From assembly GCA_964450385.1 (NCBI GenBank), contig CAYVEC010000002.1, positions 1,262 to 65,261 on the forward strand: a stretch of 64,000 nucleotides of DNA, given 5' to 3'. Shown one piece after another: positions 43,443 through 53,555 of this stretch. Positions within the stretch are counted from its first letter, which is position 1. The number at the start of each line of letters is the position of its first letter. The notes under the pieces were generated by a model. It made no database searches. It was not told the DNA's origin and saw nothing but the letters and a program-made list of their open reading frames with translations. This stretch comes from an uncultured Planctomycetales bacterium (GTDB lineage: Bacteria; Omnitrophota; Gorgyraeia; Zapsychrales; JANLHA01). Both the position numbers and the translations under genes were made by a program.

Positions 43443-46238
43443 TTATCGAGCAGCCTCTGTATCGACAAATGGAACTTCTGGATCAAAGATCTCCGCAAGA
43501 ATCCCGCCGAGACTCGTTAAAAAAGCCTGATCCCTGTCCTCAACAGAAACGGGATCGTCCGGTCCCCGCAGCCGCTTGATCTCAAGCGTCCGAATATTAT
43601 AGAGCCCCGCATCAACCTTGGCACCAGGAAAATGGTGATGGACATAATGAAGGTACAGCGGCAGCTGAAATGAGTGAACCGCCTCATAAACCGCCTGCCG
43701 GTCTGTTCCGGCAGCAGTGATCTCATTAAGTGAACGGGGAAGGAGATCAGTGCTCCCTGTTTTATAGTCAAGGACGAGGATGGTCCCGTCGGCCATCCGA
43801 TCGACCCGATCGACTTTATAGACAAACCGGACGGGTCCGCAGGCCAGCGGGACGGCCTCCTCAAAAGGCTCCTCGACATAAAGGACCTCGACGACCGGCC
43901 GCGTCCGCTCATACTCGATGAACCGCTGCAGACGCTCCTCGATCACGGCCTTCATCAAAAAGGCATCGGGCCGACGGCTCCGTCCGAAGGTGTGATGATA
44001 CCGCCGCTCAAGGATCATTTTAAAACGCGCCCGAAAATCATCATCAAAGAGCGGGGCCCGGCCGCAAAATCCGCGGAAGGACTCTTCTAAGACCTCATGG
44101 ACAAGATTACCAATATGCCGATTTTCAGGTTCATCGAGCATATCCTCCTGGGGCCTCAGGCCGAGGACATGATTATAATAAAACTCCATCGGATTCCGAA
44201 GATACATGTTGATACTCGACGCTGAATACCGATACGCCTTCAAGAACGAGATCATATCCGGAGTCTTCCTGATCTCGGCTGGCGCGATCTGCGGGGAGAC
44301 GCGAAAATACGGACGGTCCGGCTCCACGACGCGGATCCGGCCGGCCGCCTGCTCGCGCCGCCAGACGAGCTCCTCGACAAACCGGCTCCGCTGATGCTCC
44401 GGGCCCTCCTGATAGACGAGATGCACATCCTTGGCCGAAGAGATCAGCCGCATGAAGCCATAGCGCTGGATCTCTTCCTCCTGTTCAACGCGATCCAAAT
44501 TAAGGCTGATCATCACGTCTCGGGGGATAAGCGCCTCCGAGAGGTTCAGCCTCGGAAGGACGCCCTCATTGACGTCCATGATGATCACGTGGTCAAAGTC
44601 GAGCGAACGGGTCTCAAAGAGGCCGAGGACCTGAAGCCCCTTGAGGGGCGATCCATGAAAAGCCACGATCTCCCGCTCAAGCTGCGCCAAAAAAATCCGA
44701 AAGATGTCCCGATCCGGGAATCGTTCCGCAGAAAAATCAGCCCCTGACAATTCATCTGCCAGATCATAGATCCGTGAGGCGATCCGGCCGTTGAGCGGAT
44801 AGCTGAGCAGAGCGCTCTTCTCCATCAGCATGTCCATAAATCCGGCGAGCATCCGCGAGAACCCCGCGAAGGTCCCGAGATCCTCCCAGTGACGAAGACA
44901 CATGATATGGATCGAGCGAAGGGCCTCAGCGATCTCGGACCGCTGAATCGGCATCCCCATCACCTCGAGCGTTCCTTCGACCGCGCGGTACAGCTCCTCG
45001 CTCGCTTCAATATCGTCGAGGTCAAGGAAGACACAGCCGGACCACGGCCCCTCGATCTGACCCGTACAGATCTCCTCGAGCTTGTGGATCAGGACACGGA
45101 CGACCTGGCCTCCGCCGCCGGCATCCAGATTTTTAATCAGCGGATGCCGCATCACCCGAAGATAGTCCTGCGTGTAATATCGCCCCTCTTTTCGCGATCC
45201 CTGGGCCTGAACAATGATCTCAAAGAGCCCGGCAAGCGAGCTCCGCCGAAGCGGATACCCCATCGAGATATTAAACTCTCGGACCGAAGGTCCGATCGCT
45301 GAAATGAGCGGGATCATATAGTCCGCATTCGGCAGGACAACCACGGTCTTCTCCCATTCCCCGCCGAGCTGCTCGAGGATCGACCGAACGATCGCCACCT
45401 GCGCGTGACCGTCAAAGGCGGCATGCAGGGTCAGGTCAAACCCCGGGCTGGCCCCAACAGCGCCACCCTCGGAGATCGATGCCCCCAGACGCTGGGCCGT
45501 CCGTTTTAAGACCGGCCACCGCCGCTCATCCCCCTGAAAAAAGAGGCGGGCCTTTCCCGAACGATACAGGGATTCGACAACAGACATCTCCGACCGGTTC
45601 AGATAAAAGAAATTCGCGAAGATGATCTCATCAAAAGCGCCCAGGTCCGCGCACCCGACGGCCTCGGCCGCCTGTCGATAGCGGAACCCCCGCGACGCAA
45701 CCCCCTCAGCGCGCATCCGGTCATGATAATGCCCGCGGATCACGGCAATGTGACGAAGGAGCTCATTAATGTCGTCCGGAACCTCATAACCGATCTGGGC
45801 GTTCTGTTTGATCATGAGCAGGGCGTCATCATCAACGGCCTCGAGATCAAGCTGATCAATAAACCGGGTCATCTCACGGGCCCAGGGGAGAAATTCCGCG
45901 AACGAGACCCTTCCCTTGAGCAGCCCCGGGGCATGGCGCGCGGCGATCTCATACATCCAAAAGCACTCGTCCATATCGCTCAACCGGCCCGATTCCCCGC
46001 CGGCAATATGGGCCATAAAATCATCAATGGTAAAAATAGACGGCGAGATAAAAGGATGGCCGACCCGCCGGGCGAGTTCCCGCTTGAGGAACATCGCGGG
46101 CCGTTTCCCTCCGAAGACGATCGCAAGACGGCTCAAATCGTTCGTGGCCCCAAGATAACGTTCGACGATATAATCGCTTAATCGTTGAAGGAGCGGCTCG
46201 CCAAAACAGACTGTATGGATCCTGCGGTCCTGCGTCAT
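43443..46238 (-). CDS. AddB-like PD-(D/E)XK nuclease subunit
   Basis: The 931-aa product has a degenerate N-terminal Walker A 'FGGKRP'. It has a C-terminal nuclease motif 'ILVLDYKTGS'. It is translationally coupled to the upstream helicase through an ATGA overlap. Confidence 0.62.
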   Translation of the reverse strand: MTQDRRIHTVCFGEPLLQRLSDYIVERYLGATNDLSRLAIVFGGKRPAMFLKRELARRVGHPFISPSIFTIDDFMAHIAGGESGRLSDMDECFWMYEIAARHAPGLLKGRVSFAEFLPWAREMTRFIDQLDLEAVDDDALLMIKQNAQIGYEVPDDINELLRHIAVIRGHYHDRMRAEGVASRGFRYRQAAEAVGCADLGAFDEIIFANFFYLNRSEMSVVESLYRSGKARLFFQGDERRWPVLKRTAQRLGASISEGGAVGASPGFDLTLHAAFDGHAQVAIVRSILEQLGGEWEKTVVVLPNADYMIPLISAIGPSVREFNISMGYPLRRSSLAGLFEIIVQAQGSRKEGRYYTQDYLRVMRHPLIKNLDAGGGGQVVRVLIHKLEEICTGQIEGPWSGCVFLDLDDIEASEELYRAVEGTLEVMGMPIQRSEIAEALRSIHIMCLRHWEDLGTFAGFSRMLAGFMDMLMEKSALLSYPLNGRIASRIYDLADELSGADFSAERFPDRDIFRIFLAQLEREIVAFHGSPLKGLQVLGLFETRSLDFDHVIIMDVNEGVLPRLNLSEALIPRDVMISLNLDRVEQEEEIQRYGFMRLISSAKDVHLVYQEGPEHQRSRFVEELVWRREQAAGRIRVVEPDRPYFRVSPQIAPAEIRKTPDMISFLKAYRYSASSINMYLRNPMEFYYNHVLGLRPQEDMLDEPENRHIGNLVHEVLEESFRGFCGRAPLFDDDFRARFKMILERRYHHTFGRSRRPDAFLMKAVIEERLQRFIEYERTRPVVEVLYVEEPFEEAVPLACGPVRFVYKVDRVDRMADGTILVLDYKTGSTDLLPRSLNEITAAGTDRQAVYEAVHSFQLPLYLHYVHHHFPGAKVDAGLYNIRTLEIKRLRGPDDPVSVEDRDQAFLTSLGGILAEIFDPEVPFVDTEAAR

Positions 46239-49200
46239 CGTCCGCCCCCTTCTACTGATTCGAGCGCGGCCTCTTCAAGATACAGGAGAAACCCTTTGAT
46301 CCGCTTGTCGGGATAAATCCCGGCCAGGATCTCCATATACCGCCGGACCTGTTGGGCATAGACATCCCCTTGAAGCCGGCGGATCTTGTATTCTATCACC
46401 CACACCTCATTCGGCCGGACCACGCACCGGTCGACACGAAGCGTCTCCCCGCGGACCCCGACGATATCCTGTTCGCAAAAAACCTCATCCTCCGCGACAT
46501 CAAAAAAGGCGCGAACCTCGTCGCGCCGCAGGAGCGCGATCAACCGCTCCTCGTATTCGTCAAAATGAGTCTCTTCAGGAAACATCTGCCGGACCCGGCG
46601 AGCCGCTTCCGCGGCAGGGCGCGCCTCCTCGCCCGCCCGCACGCAGACGATCTGTTGAAGCATGGCGTGCAAGACCTTGCCCTGGCGGATCCGGTCGCGA
46701 TACCGCGCCACACCCTCATCAGATCCGAATTCCTGATTTAAAAACTCAATCCAATCATGCGTCCCGGCACAAGGGAGGGGACTCGAGACCACGCCCGGCT
46801 CTGCGGCCCGCTCTGCCGACGCCATCGGCGCCCCCCACGACGCCCGGCCCTCAGGGACCAGACAGGTCACGAGATTCACACTGTTCCCTGCCTTCTGGGG
46901 AATCAAGACATACATCTCCTCTGCCGCCCGTGTGAGCGCGACATAGAGATTATTCAGTTCAGAAATGAGCGATTCGGCATACGCCTTCTGATAAATCGCT
47001 GACAGGCGTTCCGAATACTTAAGGTACTTGTTCTTAATCCGAAGCAGCTCCATGTGCTCGGCATCCATATTCACCACAAAAGATTGCTGGCCCATGCTCC
47101 CGCCGCTCGTCTGGCCGACGCGGACCCTCATCTCAAGAAAAGGAAGAATGACGACGGGGAACTCAAGGCCTTTCGCTTTATGGGTCGTCATGACCCTGAT
47201 CGAATCCGACCGCGCCACATGCACAAAGACGTGCTCATGTTCATTGGCCTCAAAATATGTCAGGAACGAATCAATATCCGAACCCTCTTCCTCCCGCCGT
47301 TTAATCAGCTCGAGGAACTTCATGATAAACCCTTGCTGATCCGGAAAATGATCAAAAATCCCCAGGCGGTGGACCGCGCTCACCACGAGCTCATAGAGCG
47401 GGTACAGACCGACGCTGCGGAAAAGCGGCTCAATGATCCGCTGCCAGGACTGAGGAAAGGCGTCCCGGAAGGCGCGGTAGACATAAAACGATTCCTTCCC
47501 CCGGAGCCGCTGCCGGAGAGAAAAAACAAAGGCGTGCATGGCATCCGTCGTAACCCCGGCCGCGCGGCAGAACGCCTCCCCGACAATGAACGAGACAAAC
47601 GACGGATTGTCGATCGGCGAATCCAAGAACCTCAACAAGGCGACGAGCTCCAGGACAAGGGGATTCGACTTGATCGAGAGCGTCCGCTCGGACTCCACCG
47701 AGATCCCCTCCGCGCTCAGCCACCCGGTCACAAGCTCGACATCAGAATTCTCCCGCGTCAGCACAACAATATCCCGGCTGTCATGCCTTGTGCGCAGCTC
47801 CGCGATGAGCGCCAGGAGACGGACGCGCGTCTCGGCGCGCTGCTCCTGGACCGTGTCCCCGGGGATGACCGATAAGGCAACATGCCCGCCCGTTTTCGAC
47901 GGAAGAGCACGCTGCCGGCCGTGCGCGAAGATGCCTTCGAGGCGGCCCCGGTCCCGCGCGTTCAACACCACGGGGTCCTTCTTGTTCCGCTCGCGCTCCA
48001 GGTCTTCTTTGGCCGTCACAAAACGTCGAAGGTTCTCGATCGAAAAAATCTCATTATTAAAATCCACAATGGCCTGGGTGCTGCGATAATTCCATTCGAG
48101 CTGCTCTTTCGTCACATGAAAATGCCGGAACTCCTCCTGAACATGATCAAACAGCCGGACCTCACCGCCGCGGAACCCGTAGATCGCCTGTTTCTTGTCG
48201 CCGACATAGAACACCGACCCCCCCGTCGATAGCGCCTCCTCAGCCATCACGCGGAGGTTCTTCCACTGCAGCACGCTCGTGTCCTGGAACTCATCGATCA
48301 AATAATGACGGAACCGCATCGCCAGACGGTAATAAAGTTCCGCGACCGTGATGCCCTCGTGATCGAACAACAGGCGGGCCTTACGGTTGAGTTCCTCAAG
48401 AAAGACGACATCGTCCTGCCGGGCCTTCGCCTCTGCTTCATGAAGCACCGACGAGAATACCTCAATATACGGATTGAACAACGAGAGGGCCTCGGCCTCG
48501 CTCAACCGTTTCAGCCGGTGCCTGATCTCCTCCCATAGATCCTCGGCCTCGGCCGAGGTGGCCGCACCCGCACGCATCGGGAACCGATCCCGGGCAAAAA
48601 AATCAGGGACCCGATCAAAATCAAAGGCCTTATCGTACAACGCCAAAAAACGGTCCAGGCTGTTCACAAATCGTCCGTCGGCCTCGTCGGGGCAGACCTC
48701 GCGCAGCCGCCGCATCGCCGTCATGATCTTGGCCTTCTGGGCCACGAGCTCCTCATCGATCGGGTAGGGCGCGAGGGTCAGGGCATACGTATTCGTCTGC
48801 TGGTACAGGGCCATCATCAGCCGCAGCATATCACGCTTGGGGAACCAGCTCGCCTTGTTCTCCAAAAAAAGATATTGATGCAGGAACTGTTCAAACATGA
48901 CCTGGGCCGCAGCGTCGTGCGCTGCGCGTTCAATGAGGCGGTCGAGCCCATATTGAAGATAGTCGAACGCGTTATGGCGGATCCGAAAATGGGCAGAGAG
49001 CCCCATTTTAAAAGCGCACCCGGATAACAGCGTATTGATGAATGAATCAATCGTCTGGACCTGAAAAAAATTATAATTCCGGAGCAGACCGTCAAGAAGC
49101 ACGCAGGCTTCGGGCGCGGCCGCCTCAATCGTCAGACCAATCGGCGCGAGAACGCTCTCAACCTCCGCCGGAGGCATGGTCCCCAAGGCGATCTTCTTTA

Positions 49201-49411
49201 AAAAATCAAGGATCCGCACCTTCATCTCAACCGCCGCTTTATTCGTGAAGGTGATCGCAAGCGTCTCGCGAAGCGAGCCTGACCCGCTTAAAAGCAGCTG
49301 GACATACCGCTTGGCCAGGGCAAAGGTCTTCCCTGATCCCGCCGAGGCCTCAACGACGTGAAGCTCGGGAAAGTGAAACGGACCCCCTTGTTGCAATCTA
49401 TCCGATGTCAT
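46235..49411 (-). CDS. AddA-like UvrD-family helicase with C-terminal nuclease
   Basis: It has Walker A 'ASAGSGKTFAL' and UvrD helicase motifs. The C-terminal motif 'VWVIEYKIRR' is PD-(D/E)XK-like. The start is probably the internal 'MTSDRL'. Confidence 0.68.
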   Translation of the reverse strand: MTSDRLQQGGPFHFPELHVVEASAGSGKTFALAKRYVQLLLSGSGSLRETLAITFTNKAAVEMKVRILDFLKKIALGTMPPAEVESVLAPIGLTIEAAAPEACVLLDGLLRNYNFFQVQTIDSFINTLLSGCAFKMGLSAHFRIRHNAFDYLQYGLDRLIERAAHDAAAQVMFEQFLHQYLFLENKASWFPKRDMLRLMMALYQQTNTYALTLAPYPIDEELVAQKAKIMTAMRRLREVCPDEADGRFVNSLDRFLALYDKAFDFDRVPDFFARDRFPMRAGAATSAEAEDLWEEIRHRLKRLSEAEALSLFNPYIEVFSSVLHEAEAKARQDDVVFLEELNRKARLLFDHEGITVAELYYRLAMRFRHYLIDEFQDTSVLQWKNLRVMAEEALSTGGSVFYVGDKKQAIYGFRGGEVRLFDHVQEEFRHFHVTKEQLEWNYRSTQAIVDFNNEIFSIENLRRFVTAKEDLERERNKKDPVVLNARDRGRLEGIFAHGRQRALPSKTGGHVALSVIPGDTVQEQRAETRVRLLALIAELRTRHDSRDIVVLTRENSDVELVTGWLSAEGISVESERTLSIKSNPLVLELVALLRFLDSPIDNPSFVSFIVGEAFCRAAGVTTDAMHAFVFSLRQRLRGKESFYVYRAFRDAFPQSWQRIIEPLFRSVGLYPLYELVVSAVHRLGIFDHFPDQQGFIMKFLELIKRREEEGSDIDSFLTYFEANEHEHVFVHVARSDSIRVMTTHKAKGLEFPVVILPFLEMRVRVGQTSGGSMGQQSFVVNMDAEHMELLRIKNKYLKYSERLSAIYQKAYAESLISELNNLYVALTRAAEEMYVLIPQKAGNSVNLVTCLVPEGRASWGAPMASAERAAEPGVVSSPLPCAGTHDWIEFLNQEFGSDEGVARYRDRIRQGKVLHAMLQQIVCVRAGEEARPAAEAARRVRQMFPEETHFDEYEERLIALLRRDEVRAFFDVAEDEVFCEQDIVGVRGETLRVDRCVVRPNEVWVIEYKIRRLQGDVYAQQVRRYMEILAGIYPDKRIKGFLLYLEEAALESVEGGGR

Positions 49412-50067
49412 TCCGCCAGAGCATCCTTCTGTTTGATCTGACGGCCGTACCGCAGCCACCAGGCCGAAAGATATCCGAGGATCAATCCGCCGCCGTGCGC
49501 ATAAAACAGCCGTATCCCTGTCACGGTCTCGGTCCCGCCGTAAACCGCCTGCATCCCGATCCAGTCCCCGATCACAATGAACGGAGGCAGGGCGAAGGCC
49601 ACTTTTATGAGACCAGCCCCGAGACGAACCTGGATCGGCTGCGGCGCATACAAGACCAGGTAGCCCGCGAGCAAGAAGCTCACCGCGCCGCTCCCGCCGA
49701 CCATCCCGATCCGCGAATCCGGAGGCGCCAGCACGGCATGGCAGACATTCGCGGCATATCCGGCGATCAAAAAAACCACCAGCAACATCCTGGACCCGAT
49801 CCGGCGTTCAAGGTTCCAGCCAATTACCCAAAGGAACACGACCGTGACCGCGAGATGGGCAAGGTCATGATGAAGCCAAAGGCCCGTAAAACAATCCACC
49901 GGATTCATCTTGAATCCGAAGAGGCTGTACCGGATCAGGGCGCTTCGCATATTCGGCAACGCCTCTGTGAGGCTATAAATAAGGACCATCATCACGACAC
50001 ATGCCGCTGTCATCCGTGGCCGCTCCACACGACCGCTCCCCTGCCTCCACCACGCCTGACCCGCCAT
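49408..50067 (-). CDS. rhomboid-family intramembrane serine protease
   Basis: The 219-aa product has the catalytic Ser motif 'GGSGAVSFLLAGY' and a downstream His in a TM segment. Confidence 0.72.
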   Translation of the reverse strand: MAGQAWWRQGSGRVERPRMTAACVVMMVLIYSLTEALPNMRSALIRYSLFGFKMNPVDCFTGLWLHHDLAHLAVTVVFLWVIGWNLERRIGSRMLLVVFLIAGYAANVCHAVLAPPDSRIGMVGGSGAVSFLLAGYLVLYAPQPIQVRLGAGLIKVAFALPPFIVIGDWIGMQAVYGGTETVTGIRLFYAHGGGLILGYLSAWWLRYGRQIKQKDALAE

Positions 50068-50504
50068 TATCCGTCTCCGTTTCCATTAAAAAACAACGTG
50101 TCAATCGCGCGGCGGCCTCCCTGCTGCTCGAGAAGATACCCCCTGACCTCACCCGGATGTTCGACCTTTACATCGCGAAAATCTGTCCGGATGTTCGGAA
50201 GGCTCTCCGCCCCAGCCAGGATCAAGCCGGCCTGGATCAATCGCCGTTTGTGAAAATACAGGACCACCTCATGTTCGCTGCTAAAGACATACCGACGGAT
50301 CTCGACCTCTGCGGGCGTCCCCTTGAAAAAGAACCCGACGTGAACGGGCACCCCTAACATCTGTTCCGTCTGTTTGAGAACGCGCGCGCGCGGCCCGCCG
50401 ATGAGGAGTTCCGCCCGATACGTCCCGTCCCCTGTGCCAGGTGGCGAGGCCTTGCATCCGGCCACAAGCGTGACCGCCAAAAAAATCAATAACACCTTTT
50501 TCAT
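50067..50504 (-). CDS. small lipoprotein of unknown function
   Basis: It has a lipobox 'LVAGC' at residue 17. No other recognisable motif was found. Confidence 0.4.
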   Translation of the reverse strand: MKKVLLIFLAVTLVAGCKASPPGTGDGTYRAELLIGGPRARVLKQTEQMLGVPVHVGFFFKGTPAEVEIRRYVFSSEHEVVLYFHKRRLIQAGLILAGAESLPNIRTDFRDVKVEHPGEVRGYLLEQQGGRRAIDTLFFNGNGDG

Positions 50505-51520
50505 GTGCCCTCCCTCGCGAAGATCCCCTCACGCCTGCCGACCTGGTCAACGAGGAGATCCAAATACGCCGCCTCCATCTCAACCATATCGCGGTCCTTT
50601 TTCCGCAGCCATTCGGCCATCCAGGCAAAACGAATAGCGATCACAAGCTCCCCAAAAAGGGACCAGCCCTGCTCGCCGAAACCCCCTGATGCCCGAAGCC
50701 GGCGGATAAAAGCGCGTACGCATTCGGCATCGAAACTGTCAGGATCCTCGATCCCAAGGCAGCCGACCATATTCGCCGCGTCATATAATTCCGGTTTCAA
50801 CCCGAAAAATTCCCAATCGATTACGGCCTCGATCCCGGCGCGTGACCAGATGATGTTCAGAGGATGATAGTCCCCGTGACAAAATCCAACGGGGAGCGCA
50901 TCGTACTCAGGGATGAATCGATCCGCCAAAAAATCTCGTGCCCGCTCGAGCCGGCCGAGATCCCCCGGATCATGCCGGCGAACGGTTTCGATCATCCCGT
51001 CAATATACGCCGGGAGTGAGAACCCCCGGTCCTCCGGCCCTCCATCGCCCCAGGCCGCCGCGGCGTGGCGGAGATCGATCAAAAACGAGGCCATGTCCGC
51101 ACCGCGCCACGCCTCAAAGGCATAGGCCGGACGGTCCAACTCAACGCCCTGAACAAACGGACGCATCTGCCAATACCCCTGACCAGCCCGCACGAGATGC
51201 CCTCCCTCAAGGCTGCGATAATACGGCCGAACCGTGTTGAGCCCGGCCCCGGATAATCGGTCGAGGGCGAACGCGATCTCCCGTTTGCGGTCCGCCTTCC
51301 GGCTCGGGATCTGTTCAAGGAGGCAGAGCCCTTTCCCCGCCACGTCAACCACGACCCGAAAGCTCGATCGCTCCGGGCTCCCGGCGGGCTGACGATCATA
51401 AAAAACCCTCTCTAGAGCAGAACCCCAGCGGGACACAATCTCGGCTAAAAAATCCTGACGGAACATCGGCCTCCCCACGCTCTCATCGATTCTTACGGAT
51501 CTACGCCTCAAGGGGCTCAA
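50501..51520 (-). CDS. APH/ChoK-family phosphotransferase (kinase)
   Basis: The 339-aa product has the catalytic loop 'CHGDYHPLNIIW' and the 'IDWEF' motif of aminoglycoside or homoserine-kinase-II type kinases. Confidence 0.6.
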   Translation of the reverse strand: MSPLRRRSVRIDESVGRPMFRQDFLAEIVSRWGSALERVFYDRQPAGSPERSSFRVVVDVAGKGLCLLEQIPSRKADRKREIAFALDRLSGAGLNTVRPYYRSLEGGHLVRAGQGYWQMRPFVQGVELDRPAYAFEAWRGADMASFLIDLRHAAAAWGDGGPEDRGFSLPAYIDGMIETVRRHDPGDLGRLERARDFLADRFIPEYDALPVGFCHGDYHPLNIIWSRAGIEAVIDWEFFGLKPELYDAANMVGCLGIEDPDSFDAECVRAFIRRLRASGGFGEQGWSLFGELVIAIRFAWMAEWLRKKDRDMVEMEAAYLDLLVDQVGRREGIFAREGT

Positions 51521-52394
51521 CGTGAACGGACGTGAAGGTCTCGGGACCGAACCGACCCTTCAGCACCTCTTCGACAGCGGTCGCGCAATTGTGGGCCTCG
51601 ATGATACTCAGCGTCGGAGCGACACAGATATGGATCTCAATCGCGACCCGATGCCCGATCCTCCGCGTGCGCAGTTTATGCGGCCGGGCCACCCCTTGAA
51701 CCGATCGGCACAGTTCAAAGATCTCCCCCTGCGTTTCTTCACTTAATGCCTGTTCCAGGAGCTCATCGATCCCGGCACGGGTAACCGTGACCCCGGCATG
51801 AAGAATAAAGACCGAGACCGCAGCCGCAGCGATCGGGTCAAGGACCCTCCACGGCTCACCTAAAAAGATCGCGCCCGCCACGCCGAGCATGACTGCGACC
51901 GAAGAGAACGCGTCAGTCCGATGATGCCAGGCGTTCGCGACCATGCCTTGACTATGAACCTTATGAGCGATGGCCACGGTCCGTCGATAGAGCCACTCTT
52001 TTGAGGCAACAGACAGGGCGGCGACAAAACAGACCACGATGCCCGGCTGAGCCAACCGTCCTCCAGCCATCACATCATGGATCTGAAGAAGGCTGTGCCA
52101 AAGGATGCCCCCAGCAAGCAGACATAAAAAAATCCCGATCCCGACCGAAACGAGCGTATCTGTCTTTCCATGACCATAATGGTGGTCCGCATCAACAGGC
52201 CGAGCCGCGGCCCGAAGCCCCCACAATAACGCGACATCAGTCGATAGATCCGAAAGCGAATGAACGGCGTCCGCGATGATCGCCGCGCTGTGGGCCACGA
52301 CCCCTGCCGCCAATTTAATGCCCGTCAGAGCAACATTCATGACGAGCCCGACAACAGTAATCCAATTCGCCTCATCAATGCGCTGCCTCTCCAT
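51501..52394 (-). CDS. cation diffusion facilitator (CDF) family metal efflux transporter
   Basis: The 297-aa product has six TM segments and 'HSLSDLSTD' and 'HHYGHGK' motifs. It has a C-terminal cytoplasmic domain. Confidence 0.8.
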   Translation of the reverse strand: MERQRIDEANWITVVGLVMNVALTGIKLAAGVVAHSAAIIADAVHSLSDLSTDVALLWGLRAAARPVDADHHYGHGKTDTLVSVGIGIFLCLLAGGILWHSLLQIHDVMAGGRLAQPGIVVCFVAALSVASKEWLYRRTVAIAHKVHSQGMVANAWHHRTDAFSSVAVMLGVAGAIFLGEPWRVLDPIAAAAVSVFILHAGVTVTRAGIDELLEQALSEETQGEIFELCRSVQGVARPHKLRTRRIGHRVAIEIHICVAPTLSIIEAHNCATAVEEVLKGRFGPETFTSVHVEPLEA

Positions 52395-52402
52395 GATTCA
52401 CC

Positions 52403-53209
52403 TCACTGTGTTCTTTTATAGTACGCCCTGGCCTCCGGGATCCGGCGCTCGATCTCCTTGATCCGCGTCTCAGGAGCAGGGTGGGTCGACAAAAAGGCCG
52501 GGACCCGCGATGTCTTCTGGGCGTTCATCCTCTGCCAAAAAGCCACGGCCGCCTCCGGATCGTACCCGGCGCGGGCCATCAGGATCAGCCCGATTCGGTC
52601 CGCCTCATTTTCCTGTAATCGGCTGTACGGCAAAACATATCCGAGCGAACTGCCGAGGCCATAGGCCACAAGCCACCACTGCCGGGTCTTATCCTCCTGC
52701 GCGCGAAGGGCCGCGTTCAGGGTCAGCCCCCCAAGCTCAACGAGCAGGAGCTGGCTCATCCTCTCCCCGCCGTGATTCGCAATGACATGGGCGATCTCAT
52801 GCGCCATGACCACGGCAAGACCGGTCTCATCCTGGGTCAACGGCAGAATGCCCGTATAAACTCCGACCTTGCCCCCGGGCATGGCAAAGGCATTCACCTC
52901 CTTGTCATCGGCGATCAATTTAAATTCCCAATCAAAATTCTTGATGTCCGCCCCCCGCCCCATCTCCCAGAGAAACTGCTCCGTGGAGCGCGCGAGCCGC
53001 TCACCGACCCGCTCAACCATCGCGATCTTATCCGCATCGGTCGATAAGGTTGTGCTCTGAATTAATTTTGAAAAACTATCCGTGCTCATCGCAACGAGCT
53101 GACTCGCCGGGATAAACAACATCTGTGAACGTCCCGTAATCGGGACCGTGGCACACCCGGCCAAAATGAACCCCGCGAGACAAAAAACAATCCACCGTGT
53201 CACCATCAT
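52403..53209 (-). CDS. M48-family zinc metallopeptidase lipoprotein
   Basis: It has a lipobox 'LAGC' and the zinc-binding motif 'HEIAHV'. Confidence 0.75.
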   Translation of the reverse strand: MMVTRWIVFCLAGFILAGCATVPITGRSQMLFIPASQLVAMSTDSFSKLIQSTTLSTDADKIAMVERVGERLARSTEQFLWEMGRGADIKNFDWEFKLIADDKEVNAFAMPGGKVGVYTGILPLTQDETGLAVVMAHEIAHVIANHGGERMSQLLLVELGGLTLNAALRAQEDKTRQWWLVAYGLGSSLGYVLPYSRLQENEADRIGLILMARAGYDPEAAVAFWQRMNAQKTSRVPAFLSTHPAPETRIKEIERRIPEARAYYKRTQ

Positions 53210-53221
53210 CCCCTCCCTGCC

Positions 53222-53536
53222 CTAACGCGCGGCATCGATCAGTTCCTTCAGTTTCTTTTCATACCGCCCAAAACACACCTCGCTGATCCCGTCAATCGAC
53301 CCGCCGCCCTCAAGCAGCAGCTCATAACACAGGATCAACAGGTCACCGGTCTCAATCAAATAATGGGCGTCCTTCTGAGTCGCCAGCACCTGGATCTCAT
53401 CCACATGCTTGCGCATGAGCTCGAGCAGCCTCTGCTGATGATCATACCCGATCATCTTATTATACCGTGCCGATGTCCGATGGATCTCCCGGATCCGTTC
53501 GAGCGCTGCCGGCTCGATCACCCTCCCTAAAATCAT
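53222..53536 (-). CDS. MazG-like nucleotide pyrophosphohydrolase domain protein
   Basis: 'AHYLIETGDLLILCYELL' is MazG/HisE-like. The start is probably the internal 'MILGRV'. Confidence 0.45.
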   Translation of the reverse strand: MILGRVIEPAALERIREIHRTSARYNKMIGYDHQQRLLELMRKHVDEIQVLATQKDAHYLIETGDLLILCYELLLEGGGSIDGISEVCFGRYEKKLKELIDAAR

Positions 53537-53555
53537 CGCACCCCCTTCGCTTGCG

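Noticed and set aside
47054-47875. 273-aa plus-strand ORF inside the AddA-like helicase gene
   Set aside because: It is antisense to helicase motifs. It has no domain signal and biased composition.
49405-50253. 282-aa plus-strand ORF across the rhomboid and lipoprotein genes
   Set aside because: It is antisense to two credible membrane-protein genes. It has no motif.
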